Origin: Cyanophora paradoxa CCMP329
Taxonomy: Eukaryota; Plantae; Glaucophyta
Length of the DNA stretch: 64,000 nt
NCBI GenBank assembly: GCA_004431415.1
Contig: QPMI01000103.1
Span: 124,001-188,000, forward strand
Direction of reading: 5' to 3'
The position numbers were made by a program, and so were the translations under genes. The notes beneath the pieces were generated by a model. The model had not been told where the DNA came from and made no database searches. It was given only the letters and a program-made list of their open reading frames with translations. Positions within the stretch are counted from its first letter, which is position 1, and the number at the start of each line of letters is the position of its first letter. Positions 49,600-63,149 of the stretch are shown here, in pieces.

Positions 49600-52011
49600 T
49601 CGACGAAGAGAGCTAGACTCGCGGGTTCCGAGGCTGCTCCAAGCGATCGCGAGGGCAAGTGACAAAGAGCCTATGCATTCGAACCAGCTTCTTCGCACTA
49701 GCAGACGTACTTCAATCAAACTGCACTCCAGATCGGCAGGCCTCTGACGACGACGTCGACCCAACCGACCGGCCGCGGGCTAGGGAAGGAGCCCCGACTG
49801 GGCGCGTGCGAGAGCCTCCCGCACGCGGCGGACACGGCGGGCGTCGGGGGGGAAGAGCCGGGGGAACTTCCCGTACAGCTGCAGCGAGTCAGCGGGCCGG
49901 GGAGGGCCCCAGGGCCCGAGGGCCCGGGGGCGCGGGAGGGACCTGGAGGCTCTGCTCGAGGACGGCGGCCGCCTCCGCGTGGCGCCCCGCCCGCCACAGC
50001 GAGTCCCCTGCGCCCCGCCGCCCCGCTCGTACTATCGAAAGGCGCGTGTAGCGGGGGCGCCGGTACCGTAGGCCCACAGGAGGTGCGCCTGGAGCGGCGT
50101 CTCGTTCCTTCGCGGCGCGGTGCACGTGCTCGAGCTCGGAGAACAGGGGGTGTGGGGGGGGGGGGGGGGGTGCACCCGCTGTCGACGAGGCGGAAGACGA
50201 TGGTGAGGGTCTTGATGAGCCGCAGCGTCGTGTCCATCGAGAACTGCCCCCTGCCCGCCCCGGCCCCCGCCCCGGCCCCGGCCCGGGTCAACAGCGAAGG
50301 CGCGGGGGAGAGGTTGGCGGGGCGGCTCGGCCCGGGCGCACCCCATCCACCACCAGGTGCGCGTGTACCCCTGAAGGAGGCTAGGGGCGTCGGCGGGCGG
50401 AAGGGATGGAGGGGGGGGGGGGGAAGCGGGAGGGTGGAGGGGACCGCACGATGACGTCGAAGTCGCTGTACCCCAGGAGGTCGTTCTCCTTCGCGTACTC
50501 CACCGCCGCTTTTTTTTTGCAAAAGTGGACGTCGCATTGATACACCACGGCACATGTATCAATGTTCTACGTGACGTGCCCTTCCGACCGGTCATCTATC
50601 TAGCCGAGGGTGCTAGCTAGGTGCCGGCCATGGGTCGCTCAATATGGGAGGTTCGCCTGAGTGGGGGAGCCATGGTTTTCGGTGATAGCCGTAACCAGAC
50701 CCACGCGCCCACCCCTTGATCAACTCCTCCATCCCTCATGAGCCCTGGAAGTGAAATGTCTCGCAGTCCGCCGCCCTCCCTTGCCGCCGCTCCGCCACGC
50801 CTCCTCCTCCCCACTCCGCCTCCTCCCTCCTCCTCACCTGCGCCCAAGGACCCCGATTAATCGGTGTCCCGTTTTGTCGAGGTGAAGAAGGTGGTAGGAG
50901 GAAGATATGAGGAAGGAGAGGGAGTGGGCGGAGGCAGCAGCTTGGGGCGGGCAGCGGATGCGGGGCAGGGCAGGGAGGGGCGCCGGGACAGCAGTGTGGA
51001 GTGAGCGTGGGCATTGGCAGGCGGCGCAGAGAGCTGGGAGTGCGGAGACGAGGCGGGCCGCGAGGGGTCGGGAGGGGTCGACCGGGTTAGGGGGGGGGGC
51101 CGAGGCCAGGGGGTGGCCGAAGCCATGGGGTTGGCCGAAGCCAGGGGAGTGGCCGAAGCCGATGGGTGGCCGAAGCCAAAGGGGGGCCGAGGCCATTGGG
51201 GGGGCCGAAGCCATAGGGGTGGCCGGAGCCAGCGGGGGGTCTGACACTTGAGGGCCGGTTGGGGTCGGGGGGGAGACCGTAGGGGGCCGAGGGGCAGCGT
51301 CTTGCGAGGTCCCGAGCGGGGGGGTCAGCTGAAGCGAGGAGGGGGAGGGGAGGTTGGCTGCTTGCAGTGTCGTAAGTGGTTTGTACACTCCGGGTGCAAA
51401 GAGGGACGTGATTGTGGGTTGCCCCGTGGGTATCTGCGCGTACTCCACCGCCGCCCGAAAGGCCCGGTACGACGCGATGAAGCGCCCTGAAGCGTTTACG
51501 TACCGGGTTGGAGGGCCGGTGGGAGAGAAGCGAGGGGCGGAAGAGTGCGGGGGCCGCGACCGGGGCGCACGGGCACGGCTCATGGCGAAGAACTTGGACT
51601 GGGCCGGGGGGAGGGGCGCCGCGGCCGGTCAGGGAGGTGAGGTATCCGAAAGAGGGTTACGACGCACGATCATGAAACGGTAGATACGGGGCCTTTGAAT
51701 GTGGAGATGGAGGCAGCCGAATCAAAAGGAGAGCTGGCATGGAGGCTTGAGGCGCGGGGGGCGCACTTGGGGGGCTCGGCGAGGCGCTGGCAGAGCTCGA
51801 TGGCGCGCTCCGCGAGGCCCACCTGCCGCCCGAAGTCCCCCTTCTGGCCCTCCCGCACGACTGCGCGAGGGGGAAATCGAAGACGATCTAGAGGGAAGGG
51901 AAGAGGGGGGCGGCGGGCCGGGGGACGGGCGCGGGGACGGGGCGGACACTCGGCGGCAAGGGCGTCTAGGGCGAGGGAGGCGTCCTCGTCCCCCTCCGTG
52001 TACCAGTACAT
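49600..52011 (-). pseudogene. Helical/TPR-like hypothetical gene disrupted by a retroposed insert (3' end approximate)
   Basis: ATG at 52011 (MYWYTEGDED). Exons GLAERAIELCQRL, YVNASGRFIASYRAFRAAVEYA^KENDLLGYSDFDVI and GDSLWRAGRHAEAAAVLEQSLQ; the insert splits one exon. Confidence 0.6.
50510..51436 (-). mobile_element. Non-LTR retroposed insert with polyA tail and 18-bp TSD
   Basis: TSD cgcgtactccaccgccgc at 50492-50509 and 51437-51454; T9 at 50510-50518; internal 18-bp tandem repeat (gg...tggccgaagcca) at ~51096-51230. Confidence 0.9.
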
Positions 52012-55000
52012 CCGCCTGCGCGAGTGAGAGCCCAGCCGCTGATCATGAGCCTCGGAGCTCGCGGCGCGGTCGCAAGCTCGAAGGGGCCGGCCGCGCGGGG
52101 GGCGCGCGCTTGCTTGTTTGTATACGTAGCTCGGTGGTGGCAAGGCTTCGGAGATTGCCCGGGCTGCGCCGACGCAGCTGCGCCCCATCGGAGGCGTAGC
52201 ACTCTGCCCCGGCCAGCGAGTTCAGGTTCGTATCGCTTACTTGTTTCAAGTTTTCGCGCCGCGCGCGCGCTAGAGCTTGTCGTTATTTTGCAATTTGGGC
52301 GCGCAGGGCCGGGCCTTCTGCAGCCTCCAGCTCCCCATCTCCACTGGACTCGCCTTTCATGTGAACGGCTTCTTGTGCGTCTCATTTTGCGCCTTCGAAT
52401 AAATATTCTCCGCCCTCTCACTGCGGGCGTCTCAGCGACATGCCCTCCAACCGCCGCCAGATCAACACTGAGACGCACGAGGCAGCAGTCCCCTGCCCCG
52501 GCCTTCGGCCTCGCTGAACCTCGCACCTTATGATTAAATTTGATTAGGGCCGCGAGGATCACGGCGCCACCTGGAACAAGGCCCTCGCGGCGGACGTCAT
52601 GTGCGCCTTCAAGACAATAAAAAGCTAGAACGTTCGCGATCTGATCGCGGGCTACAGCGCCCCCGCCATGGTGGAGCTCTTTCGCCGCCTGCGCGGGACG
52701 GCCGCCCCGACGCAGGAGGCCGCCGAGGCCCTCTACGCGCTGTACCCGACCCGCGCACCGTCGAGGCGTCTACCTGCGCCTCCTCGTCCGCGAGGTCCGT
52801 TCGACTCTTCTGCTATCGAATTGCGCCAGTTCATTGCTTCGCGTTCTCGTCTGACGGGGATTTCGCACCGATGCCAGTTCTACAAGCGGGCCTGGTCGCA
52901 GCCGCTCTTCTACGCAAAGCCGTTGGTGGACGGCCCCCGCACGCTGCCCGCGCAGTGGGTGACGGGTGCGAGCGCCTGTTTCCGCTCGTCGAAGGTGCAA
53001 AAATGGCCGCTCGAATTCATGTTTCGCGCTGTGGCCTAATCTCATGATCACTCCCTTTCAGACCGCAGTCTCTGCGCCCAAGGCAGAGGACCAAGTTCCG
53101 ATGATGCAGGCCCGCGAAATTCATACACATCATTACCACGTGCACAGAGGTATGCATTAAAATATTCCAGGTGGTCGAGCGAGTGGTAGCCCTCTGGGGC
53201 CTGCGCCTGGTGGAGGCGGACGAGATCCTCGTCGACTCGCTCAATTCCGTGCGACTTACGGGCTTCCGACGTGACGTCGACTTTAAAATGCAGCCGACGC
53301 CGCGGCAGGTCTGTACCTGGAGCAGCCCGCAGGGCATCGTCCGCGAGGACTCCAATGTCTGCTCTAAATTTGTTTTCGCGGATGGATTTCGCGCTCTGAC
53401 GCATATGTGCGCGCATGAGCAGGTTCTGAGCTCGACTCTGCTCAGGCGCGCTCTGAAAGAGCTGTGGCAAGGTGGCAACGGGCCGAAGGCGGACAACTTG
53501 ACTCTGATTCTCTGCAACGCCGCCGTGCGCAATAAAACATTAACACAGCCGATGGCGCAATATTACATTGATGTATTGCATCTTCGCCTCCGCCCGCGAG
53601 GGCAGAACAGACGTCGGTCGCATCGCAAAACTCTGACCGGAAACGCAGGACGTGAACCGCGCTCTCATCTACGTTGCGGCGGATCTTTCGAAGGCCCGCG
53701 ATGACACTCTCATGGACCAGTTTCGCGGGGTGCATTACACCTGCGATTGGTCGAATACATAATTAATGCACAACAATTAAGGTTCTGACGGTACCGGTTT
53801 ACCTGACCTTCCGCACAGGTACCGCTGATAATATGCGCAAACGGCCAGCTACGATCCTTCGGTGGTGCGCTGATTCCTGAAGCGCGAAAAAGATTCGTCC
53901 CGTGTCTAAAAAACTTGTGCGTCGTTTAGACTGCCGCTTCATCGTCCCCGATCAAGGCCCGGTCCTCGAGGTGCGCACTTCAGTAATAATAAATCAATTG
54001 CCGACGCCATCAAACCGCGTGCCGGCCGCGGTATCCCGCCTTCGAATTCTCCATAGCTAACATTAACGTTCAACCAATCGCGCAACTCGCCTCAGCTATG
54101 CGGAAATTCCATCGCCGAGTTCATCAGCATCGAGCAGGTACCAAGACGCCCTTGATTCTATATTTGCGTAGTCCTAAGCTGAGCTGCGAAAACTTCGCCA
54201 GGCCCAGGACGACCGCTCCGGCATCCTGTCCAACCCGCGGTAGATAGCTTACGCGCTGCCCTTCGCGATCGCTGCGATCGCTGTTGCGAGCCTCTTGCAG
54301 ATTCGGAGCGCCGCTCAAATTGGAGAAATTCACGCCAAAGCTCCTTCTCGAGCTGCTGCCGCGTCAACTACCAGCCAACTTCCAGAACGATTCGCAGGTC
54401 GGCCTCCGGATCCATGCAGCTGAACGCGACCCCGCTATTGCTCACGACAGCATTTAATAATTTGAATTTGGTTTGCGCGTAGGTTCCACGTGGCTTGCCC
54501 ATACTGCCAAGCGGCTCTCCGCTCGGAAACAGCTGGCTGGCCGCCTTCTGGAGCTACCTCGGACGCGCCTGCACCAAGGCGCGCGCTGCACGCTTTCGCC
54601 CGCGTATACGTGAGAAAGGCTTAGTCGTGCGCAGGAGGAATACATCCCATTGTTCGGCCGCTGGGCGCTCGTTCCCACGAGCAACGGAGTTTTCATCCGC
54701 ATTGAAAACGCCAGCTCCATCCTCGCTTCGGACAAATTTGGTCGGCAAGAAGCGCCCGCGAAATTAAACGAACCCTTCACAATTCGCGTGTCATTATACA
54801 AGATTCAAATCGCAGCACGCGGGATGCAGGAGATCCTTGTCAACGCGGGCTGTCTCGTCTTTGACCGTTCCGTGTGAGCCGCATATCCATAGCATGTGAA
54901 TGCATGAAGAGTCAGTATTTTAATTAATATTTAAATTCGCCATGTTTAAATTTGCAGCGGGGGAGCCGTCGAGTCCATCATCACTCCGTTGCTCGCCACG

Positions 55001-57780
55001 GGCAACGCCGAGGGCCTCGTGCGCACTTTCAACGGTCCAGCCATTATATTCTTGTTATTGTTTGACTTGTTCAATGTAGGTGAATGCACTTGCCGGCGTG
55101 GCGACGGCTGCCGCGAAACTGCCCGAGTCGAAGAGAATGGTTCGAATTCGTAGCGCACGCACGATCGGATTTAAATTTCGCGGAATCTTACATAATTGCG
55201 GTTTCGCACCCGCAGGAAGTCCTAAGCTTCGTTGCTGGGGCTGGGATCCAGTCTCTATCCACTACCTCCCGGGCCAAGCTGCGCGCCTTCCCCTTCTGGC
55301 GGCGTGCAGACGGCCAGGTTTTCGCATTTCGATTAGCATTTGAGAGTCCGAGATGCCGCTGACGCGCTCCTCAGCTGGGGCGTCTGGAAGAAGGCAGGAC
55401 ATTTGTGCTGGAAGGGGCGTACCCTCCAAACGCCGCAGCGGGCCTTCAGGCGCGGCTTCTTAGTACTCGATGTTTCTCTTGGCAGCGTTTCGGACCGATT
55501 CGCAGATTGTGGCCCTTGCTCCATGTGAGGATGGTCGCATCTCCCAGCTTCTGATCGATCTGGGCGTCAAACGCTACACGTACCCGCTGGCGCGCCCAAC
55601 AATGATCATGATATCAATAGCACCCCTGCAGGCCTCATCGATATCATTTCATCCTTTCTGAACTATTTTCGCAGCTCGTTGCCGACCTCATTCTCCCGTC
55701 GATTGAACATTCCGTACTTGGGACTGCGGTGAGTTGACGTCCGCACGAGGTTTATAGAAACGCTTCTTTTGCAGCTCAAAAGCATCTTGCAGCCTCCGCG
55801 GGGCGGCATGGCGAACGTGCAGCGCCTCGCGCCGCAGGATGTGCACACAATTTCGATGGCTCTTCTCTCCAACTTTACGGTACCGCGCTGCAGAGTTCCC
55901 GGGATTTCACGTTTTCGCACCATAAATTAAAAGTTTTCGCAGGCTTTGCGCGACGCCGGTGGCAGCGTGCTTGACCGTCTAAAAAGACACCATTCATTTT
56001 AAGCGGAGCCGGCCACTTCAAACTCGCGTCCGAGCTTCTTCACCCTGAGGATCCCCTGCTCGCCGAGCTCTTCCAGTACGTTCGCTCGCACTCGACGCCA
56101 AACATAGATCTGCACATTTCGCGCCCTGCCGATCGCGATCGACCCCGTTCGCATCCACCCGCAGCGGGACTCAGGCCGCCTTTCCTGCGGCCACCTACGC
56201 TCCTTTCCTGGCCGAGGTCGCCGAGTGCGGTCTGCTGTCCACCAGGTTCGGCCGCTCTAGATCTAATGTTCTTTTCGAAACATTAATATTCTAGCATTCT
56301 CATGTACATGTCCCCTTTTCGCAGCGCGGAGCAAATCGAGCCCGCTCTAATCGTGCACTGCGCCGAGCGGTTGGCTGCCCTTGGCGGCCACGCAAATGCT
56401 CTACACCCGAATCACTATCGAACCTGCGCCGGATTGCACGGGAAGTCGTTTCGTTGCTTCTCCACGTGCGCTCCAGCGTTTCGTTCTTTTTAAATTTAGA
56501 GCATCGATATCTCATGACCAATGAGGTCCCCACGCGTATGCCAGAAATGCAACCTTCAGCAGCGCGCAAAGCCGGAGCAAGTACAGAAGCTCAAGGATCT
56601 CGCATTTGTCCCGCCTCATGTGTACGGAGCGGTCGCCGTTGAAAACGCGCGCAATTGCAACCATGCTCGTGCATCCCTCGGACGAATGGCTGCAACACAT
56701 GCTGATGCTGTCGTCGCTCCATTCGGCGAGTTCACATTCAAACACGATACTCGCGCCCTGTACAAGTTCTCCGAGCTCGAAGTTGTAGACTGTGCGTCCA
56801 CTATTTTAATGTCGATCGACGTTTGGCTGGCAGGAGAAAATTTCCGGTTGTATTAAATATATATAACTTGTGCGCCGTGTCGTGCAGATGCGTCGCTGGT
56901 TGGCGGAACCATGCCGCTGTTGGATGCAGCATGCAGCGTATCTGCTCGTGACGTCCCATCCGCCCTTGGCCTTGCCCACCCTCCGCCACTACACTTGGTG
57001 CTTGAAAATCTGAAGGTGCGGACTGAGCTAGGAGTATTCTTAAGCTTTGCGCATGCGCTTTTGTTAACTTGAAACCGCTGCGCTCACATGCACAGAAAGG
57101 CCGAGACGCCTTTGCTGTCGCATTTCAGGAGCTCGAGGTGGATCGCCAAAAAACTCCAGAGCCTGTCACCCGCCGGCGGCGACGGTCCGATGTCTCGCAG
57201 CCACTGCGAGCCTTTGCATTTGCATTTGCATTGCAGGCCTGGCGATGCCAGAATGCTGATTTCATCCCATCGCCAGGGTGCTCAAGGCGTTGCGCGAAAT
57301 GCTTAGGCATCTCGAAGGGCGAATTGGCGACGAAGCTTCCGAACCCTTCAAAATGGTGGCGGTTAGTGGGCGCTGCTTCTATATAATTAGGACGCTTCCT
57401 GTATTCTGAATTGCATCTGTTTGTTTAACTAGGGGCCCGGCCGCGTTTTGGCGCGCCGGGGGTGCAAGGGGGGAACCGGGATCTAATGAAAGAGTCGTAG
57501 TGGCACGAACATGCACGGGGCAGATGTAGATCGACCCCGGCCCAGTGCGCGCGGCAGGTTGAAGTGTAAAAATAAACACAGATTATGATTAAAAAAATAG
57601 AAAAGGCTCGATAAGCAGATGTAGAAAAGACCCAATCAGACGCTGAGATCAAACCGAATAAAGAAAAGGCTCAATGAAAGGCCAAATTCAGCGCACTGTA
57701 TAAGAAAGATTGTTCTGGAGCGGAAAAACGCTGCGCATGAACTGTGTTCGCACGGACTACCGCTAACCCTGAACAGCTGG

Positions 57781-60700
57781 CTAAAAGATGATGGTGCTGT
57801 CTGCAGAGGGCTCGCCGTAAACGTAGGCGATCCAGGCCTTCTGGAGGGGGTCGGGGCGGAAGTCGGCCGTGCGGGTGAGCGGCAGCCAGCGGCGCCGGTC
57901 CTGAAGAGGGCCCTGCTGCGAGAGCATGGTGAGGCGGCCCGCCGCCTCGAGCGCCTGCAGAGCCACGCGGCTGGCGCGCTGCTCGCTTCCGCCGCGCATC
58001 TAGATCTGGTAGACAAGGTCTTGAAGTTCGATATCCGCGAGGCCGGCGTCTCGGAGGCGCGTGAGGACTCCCATGTGGAGGTCCTCGATTGCAGGCCTGC
58101 CGTGGCAATGTCGCCCGATTTGAGGGTGGGGATGCAGCGCTGGCAAAGACGAAAGTGCGGAATGTTCGATTTGCAGGCGACCTTGCAGCTGCACATCCTG
58201 CCAGGGCACGACTCGACGAAGGTGCCCGAGTCGCCTTCGACTTTGAGTACGGCTAGCATTTGCTGCAGGCCCGGCCGGCTTTCCGCTCCGGTGACGCGCT
58301 CAAAGGCCGGCGGCAGCAGCAGAGAGCCCTCGCGTTTTTCGACGCCAAGCTGTTTCTGCCACGGTGGGGGCGCCTCGATATCCTCCCTGCACCCAGATAA
58401 GTGCTGCGCAATGGAAATGTAGAATAGCTATAGGTTCGGAGTGCTCACTTGTACACCCAGAGGGGAGTCACCCAGAGGGGAGTAAAGATCTCAAGCGAGG
58501 CGGGGAAGAAGGGGCATTTGGGGAAGTCCGCGGCAGGCCGATACTCCGCGCAGCAGGCGCACGTCCAAAACGTGCTGTTTCGCGGCCACGTCTTCATCCA
58601 CGTCGTAGTAAGAGCTGGCAGTGCGTCCCAAGGAGCGATATCTGACCGGCGATATCGACAATTTAGCGAGGGAATCCCGAATCCACATGTCCACGAAAAT
58701 AGAATCCACCTGGAGGGTGCTTCTTCTCTTTGTGCTTCCGCAGAGAGGATGCAGAAGCGCCGCTCCAGCCGCAGCCCTCATGATCGCAGCTATGCGTGGC
58801 CCGTCTGGCCGTTCGCTTCCGGCGGCCTAACGCCGGGTCGGCTTCTTCCTCGGACGAACTGCTGCTGCATTCTGACTCGACTACGTCCTCCGCAGCCTCT
58901 GCATTGCGGGCAACGTCACTACATCGATCTGGTTCAGGAAAACATCACAAAAATTACCTCGGGCGTGTGCAGCCTCGTGCTGGCGAAGAGAAGGAGCCGA
59001 CGGACAGATAATAGAGCACTGCCTGCACGGGTACTGGCCGACCGCTGCCGTTGCCGCAATAGACATGTCGGAAGGTACAGCCTGCGGCGAGCACTTCGCA
59101 CGCTCGATGTGCCGGTCGAACGAGAACTTGTCTGTGAAAAGCCGTTTGCAGGTGCTGCACGACATCTGATGCGAACGCACTGAGGGATAGCATTAAGGAC
59201 CAGGTGCCAAACGGCGCACCGCTCTCCAATGCGGCCCGGGATGTTGGAAACCGAGCCGTTGCACTTCCCGGCTCACGGATGGCTCAGTTTCGCGGGATGC
59301 GCATTCGCTTTCGCGGAAATCGGGACCATGAGTTCGGGATTGAGAATTCGGAATGCGGAATTCGGGGCTTGAGTCAGCGTGATTCAGATCGTTTTCGTCC
59401 GCGTGATTCAGATCGTTTTCGTCCGAAAACGATACACGATCAGCTGATCTCCCATTGCAGTGCACGAGTTTCGAGGAGGTTGAGAATTCCTGCACAGCAT
59501 TTCAGCAATTTGAATAAGCTTTTTTAAGTCTCTTGAGTTTCATCACGCACTGCGATCGACGAGTCTCTTGAGTTTCATCTCGTGCTGGCGAAGAGAAGGA
59601 GCCGACGGACAGATAATAGAGCACTGCCTGCACGGGTACTGGCCGACCGCTGCCGTTGCCGCAATAGACATGTCGGAAGGTACAGCCTGCGGCGAGCACT
59701 TCGCACGCTCGATGTGCCGGTCGAACGAGAACTTGTCTGTGAAAAGCCGTTTGCAGGTGCTGCACGACATCTGATGCGAACGCACTGAGGGATAGCATTA
59801 AGGACCAGGTGCCAAACGGCGCACCGCTCTCCAATGCGGCCCGGGATGTTGGAAACCGAGCCGTTGCACTTCCCGGCTCACGGATGGCTCAGTTTCGCGG
59901 GATGCGCATTCGCTTTCGCGGAAATCGGGACCATGAGTTCGGGATTGAGAATTCGGAATGCGGAATTCGGGGCTTGAGTCAGCGTGATTCAGATCGTTTT
60001 CGTCCGCGTGATTCAGATCGTTTTCGTCCGAAAACGATACACGATCAGCTGATCTCCCATTGCAGTGCACGAGTTTCGAGGAGGTTGAGAATTCCTGCAC
60101 AGCATTTCAGCAATTTGAATAAGCTTTTTTAAGTCTCTTGAGTTTCATCACGCACTGCGATCGACGAGTCTCTTGAGTTTCATCTCGTGCTGGCGAAGAG
60201 AAGGAGCCGACGGACAGATAATAGAGCACTGCCTGCACGGGTACTGGCCGACCGCTGCCGTTGCCGCAATAGACATGTCGGAAGGTACAGCCTGCGGCGA
60301 GCACTTCGCACGCTCGATGTGCCGGTCGAACGAGAACTTGTCTGTGAAAAGCCGTTTGCAGGTGCTGCACGACATCTGATGCGAACGCACTGAGGGATAG
60401 CATTAAGGACCAGGTGCCAAACGGCGCACCGCTCTCCAATGCGGCCCGGGATGTTGGAAACCGAGCCGTTGCACTTCCCGGCTCACGGATGGCTCAGTTT
60501 CGCGGGATGCGCATTCGCTTTCGCGGAAATCGGGACCATGAGTTCGGGATTGAGAATTCGGAATGCGGAATTCGGGGCTTGAGTCAGCGTGATTCAGATC
60601 GTTTTCGTCCGCGTGATTCAGATCGTTTTCGTCCGAAAACGATACACGATCAGCTGATCTCCCATTGCAGCGCACGAGTTTCGAGGAGGTTGAGAATTCC

Positions 60701-61321
60701 TGCACAGCATTTCAGCAATTTGAATAAGCTTTTTTAAGTCTCTTGAGTTTCATCACGCACTGCGATCGACGATGGTGGCAAAGCCTGGAGGAACAAGTCA
60801 TTAACATTATTCGAAATGAATATATCAGTCTATCGCAAACCTGATTGATTTGACGGGCCGGCTCTGCTCCAATGTTCCTCTCAGGAAGTTGAAACGCTCC
60901 AGGCTGAGCGTACACGTCAATGCGGGCGGGATATGCATGTCAATTAACGAGAGGGTACCGCCAGAGGAAAATGTGACGATAAGCCTGTGGGAGGACTTTT
61001 GTGGTCTTCAGCTGCGGCGACCTGTGTATGCAATATATATATAATTTCAGACAGCTGCACGCCAACTGAAGACTGCGCACGCATGCTCACTGCTGAATTG
61101 TAAGTGCCCTGCGTGGCGATGCTGCGACTGTGCTGCCGAACATGACGAAGCAAGCTTCTGCGATAGCAGAAGTGTTCACGGACTTCGGGCGGACAACGTA
61201 AGCAAATTCCGCCAGTGCACGACGATGAGAACGTGCATTGGGCGTCCGACAGCAGGAAATCTCGCCCAGGGACGACATCTCCGGGCACAGAAGCGGCTGC
61301 AGATCTAGATCGCCGCCCCAT
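57781..61321 (-). pseudogene. Intron-containing multi-zinc-finger ORF remnant, probably the N-terminus of the element's Rep/helicase transposase
   Basis: CSTCKRLFTDKFSFDRHIERAKC; CRQCSIICPSAPSLRQHEAAH; CDHEGCGWSGASASSLRKHKEKKH; TCACCAEY...FRLCQRCIPTLKSGDI, then an abrupt frame change. No HUH or helicase motifs remain. Confidence 0.6.
58974..60772. repeat. 605-bp tandem triplication
   Basis: Units start at 58974, 59579 and 60184; ORF-track peptides repeat at +605 and +1210; one substitution seen. Confidence 0.95.
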
Positions 61322-61652
61322 TTAGTGCGCAATCTCGCGAAGCTGCTAGCCTAGTAGCCGGAAGCAAGCACCGCCGCCAGTCGGAGAAGCCGTGCAGCGG
61401 AGTACTAGTGGCAACCGCGCGCGAGCGCAACAAAAGCGCCGGGCCGGGCCGCGGCCAACGTGCTCGGCTGCGGGCAGCGGCGCCCCGGCGCACGCAAAAC
61501 TGCGGTATAAACTCGATTTCGCAGACGTATTCGGCGCAGCAAGAGATGACAGTCTGGACGGCCTGGCGTCCTCGGCTGCGATCAGCGGCGCACTGCAGCT
61601 GCGGCAGCTAGCTATAGGCAGCGGTGCAAGCGGTTTTGCCGCAGTGCGGTGC

Positions 61653-62990
61653 CACTAGTAAAAAGGGGGTCGCCGGAGCCTGTTTCAGCCTGATTTAAAG
61701 CAGGCTTAAATAAGGCTGAGACAGGCTGGGCGAAACAGGCTCAGCCTTATTTCGGAGGATTCAGCCTGATTTGAAACAGGCTGAAACAGGCTTGAATCAG
61801 GCTTGGATCAGGCTGAATGAGGCTTGAATCAGGCTTCAAACAGGCTTGAACATCAGGCTTGAATCAGGCTTATTTCAGGCTTGCTACCCCCCGCCCCGCC
61901 CCCAGCACCGCGCCAGCACACGTAGAAGCATCCGAACTCGAATTGCACATACGAAAAGCGCTTTTCTACATCTAAACGCACTAAACATTCAATAACTGAA
62001 ACTAAACCAGACTGAAACTAAACGCCGAGCTCGCCCAGGTCCGCGGAGACCTTAGTGGGGGGAGAATCAACTTTCGGCCGACCACGGGGGCTTATAAAGG
62101 GCTTCAATACGAGTTAATGGAGCATAGTATCCGGTCCGGCAGATCACTTTTAGAGACGACTTCCTGGCACCGTTGCCGGGCCGCTGGGCCACGGGAATCG
62201 CTGCCGCGGGCGCGTTCTCTTTCCTCGCGCACTAGTCTGCATCTAACCTCGAGTTCTGCTTGTCCAGATTTCCCTGGCGAGCTCTCCACGCGAAGCTGCA
62301 GCGGAGTGCCGCGCTTTTTTGGTGCGCGCTTGCCAGGCCACGGCGCCGCTCTTAAGCTTTATACATGATCTTAAATAACTCTTCAATACGCGCTGCTGCG
62401 CGCCTTCAGATCGCCCCCATCAGAACACCCATCGTCTGACCTTATTCTGACATTATCTCCTAGGACGGGCGTCTCGGCCCGGCGGCGGCCGCGGGCAGCT
62501 CCGCGCGGCTCCCCGTGCGCGACACCGCACGGCACATCCACATGCCGAGCGCGGCGTCCGGCGCCGCGGCCTGCGAGGAGCGCGGGCCCGGATCCGCAAT
62601 ATCTCCTGGAGAACCACTGCCCTTTTGCCGCTTTTCAATTCCGTCTGCATGTTTAGATGTAGAACAGTACCGTATACGTAGTACTAGTACTAGTGCTTAT
62701 CATATTAAGAGTGCGAGTTCCGATGCTTCTATGTGTGCTGGCGCGCTCAGCCTGATTCAGCCTGACCAGCCGACTCCAGCCTGATAACTATTCGAATTAG
62801 GCTTGGGTGCAGGCTGGAGTCCAGCCTGTAAAGAAATCAGGCTAGCCTGATAGCTAATCAGGCTAGCCTGTTTGGCAATCAGGCTGGATTCAGGCTGGCG
62901 GCTCAGCCTGATTCCAGCCTGTTTTCGAATCAGGCTAGCCTGATATTAATCAGGCTGAAACAGGCTCCGGCGACCCCCCTTTTACTAGTG
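61653..62990. mobile_element. Non-autonomous CACTA (En/Spm) DNA transposon nested in the Helentron-like element
   Basis: ~43-bp TIR cactagtaaaa(a/g)gggggtcgccggagcctgtttcagcctgatt; 3-bp TSD tgc at 61650-61652 and 62991-62993; dense (c)aggct/agcctg subterminal repeats at both ends. Confidence 0.93.
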
Positions 62991-63149
62991 TGCAAGCTCT
63001 ATCAAGCACGAGTGCCGGGCAGCGTGCTCGGCTGCGCGCAGCGGCGCGTGCTCGGTACGCAGTGCTGCGGTGCAAACTTGATGCAGTCAAAAGTAGTTCA
63101 GGCGTCACGGATACCGTGCGGCGTACGCGGCGCACTGCAAGGAATTCGA

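Larger units (their letters stand above)
39356..52102. repeat. First unit of a recent 12,747-bp tandem segmental duplication
   Basis: Sequence from 39356 recurs at 52103: 39356-44686 matches 52103-57430, and the match resumes at 63630. Confidence 0.9.

Noticed and set aside
51395-51425. PIP-box-like QPTITSLF peptide in the retroposed insert
   Set aside because: Short motif likely to occur by chance; no supporting protein context.
52740-56420. Frameshifts distinguishing the two sacsin-like copies
   Set aside because: All are 1-bp changes in homopolymer runs and may be sequencing errors; not used as evidence of decay.
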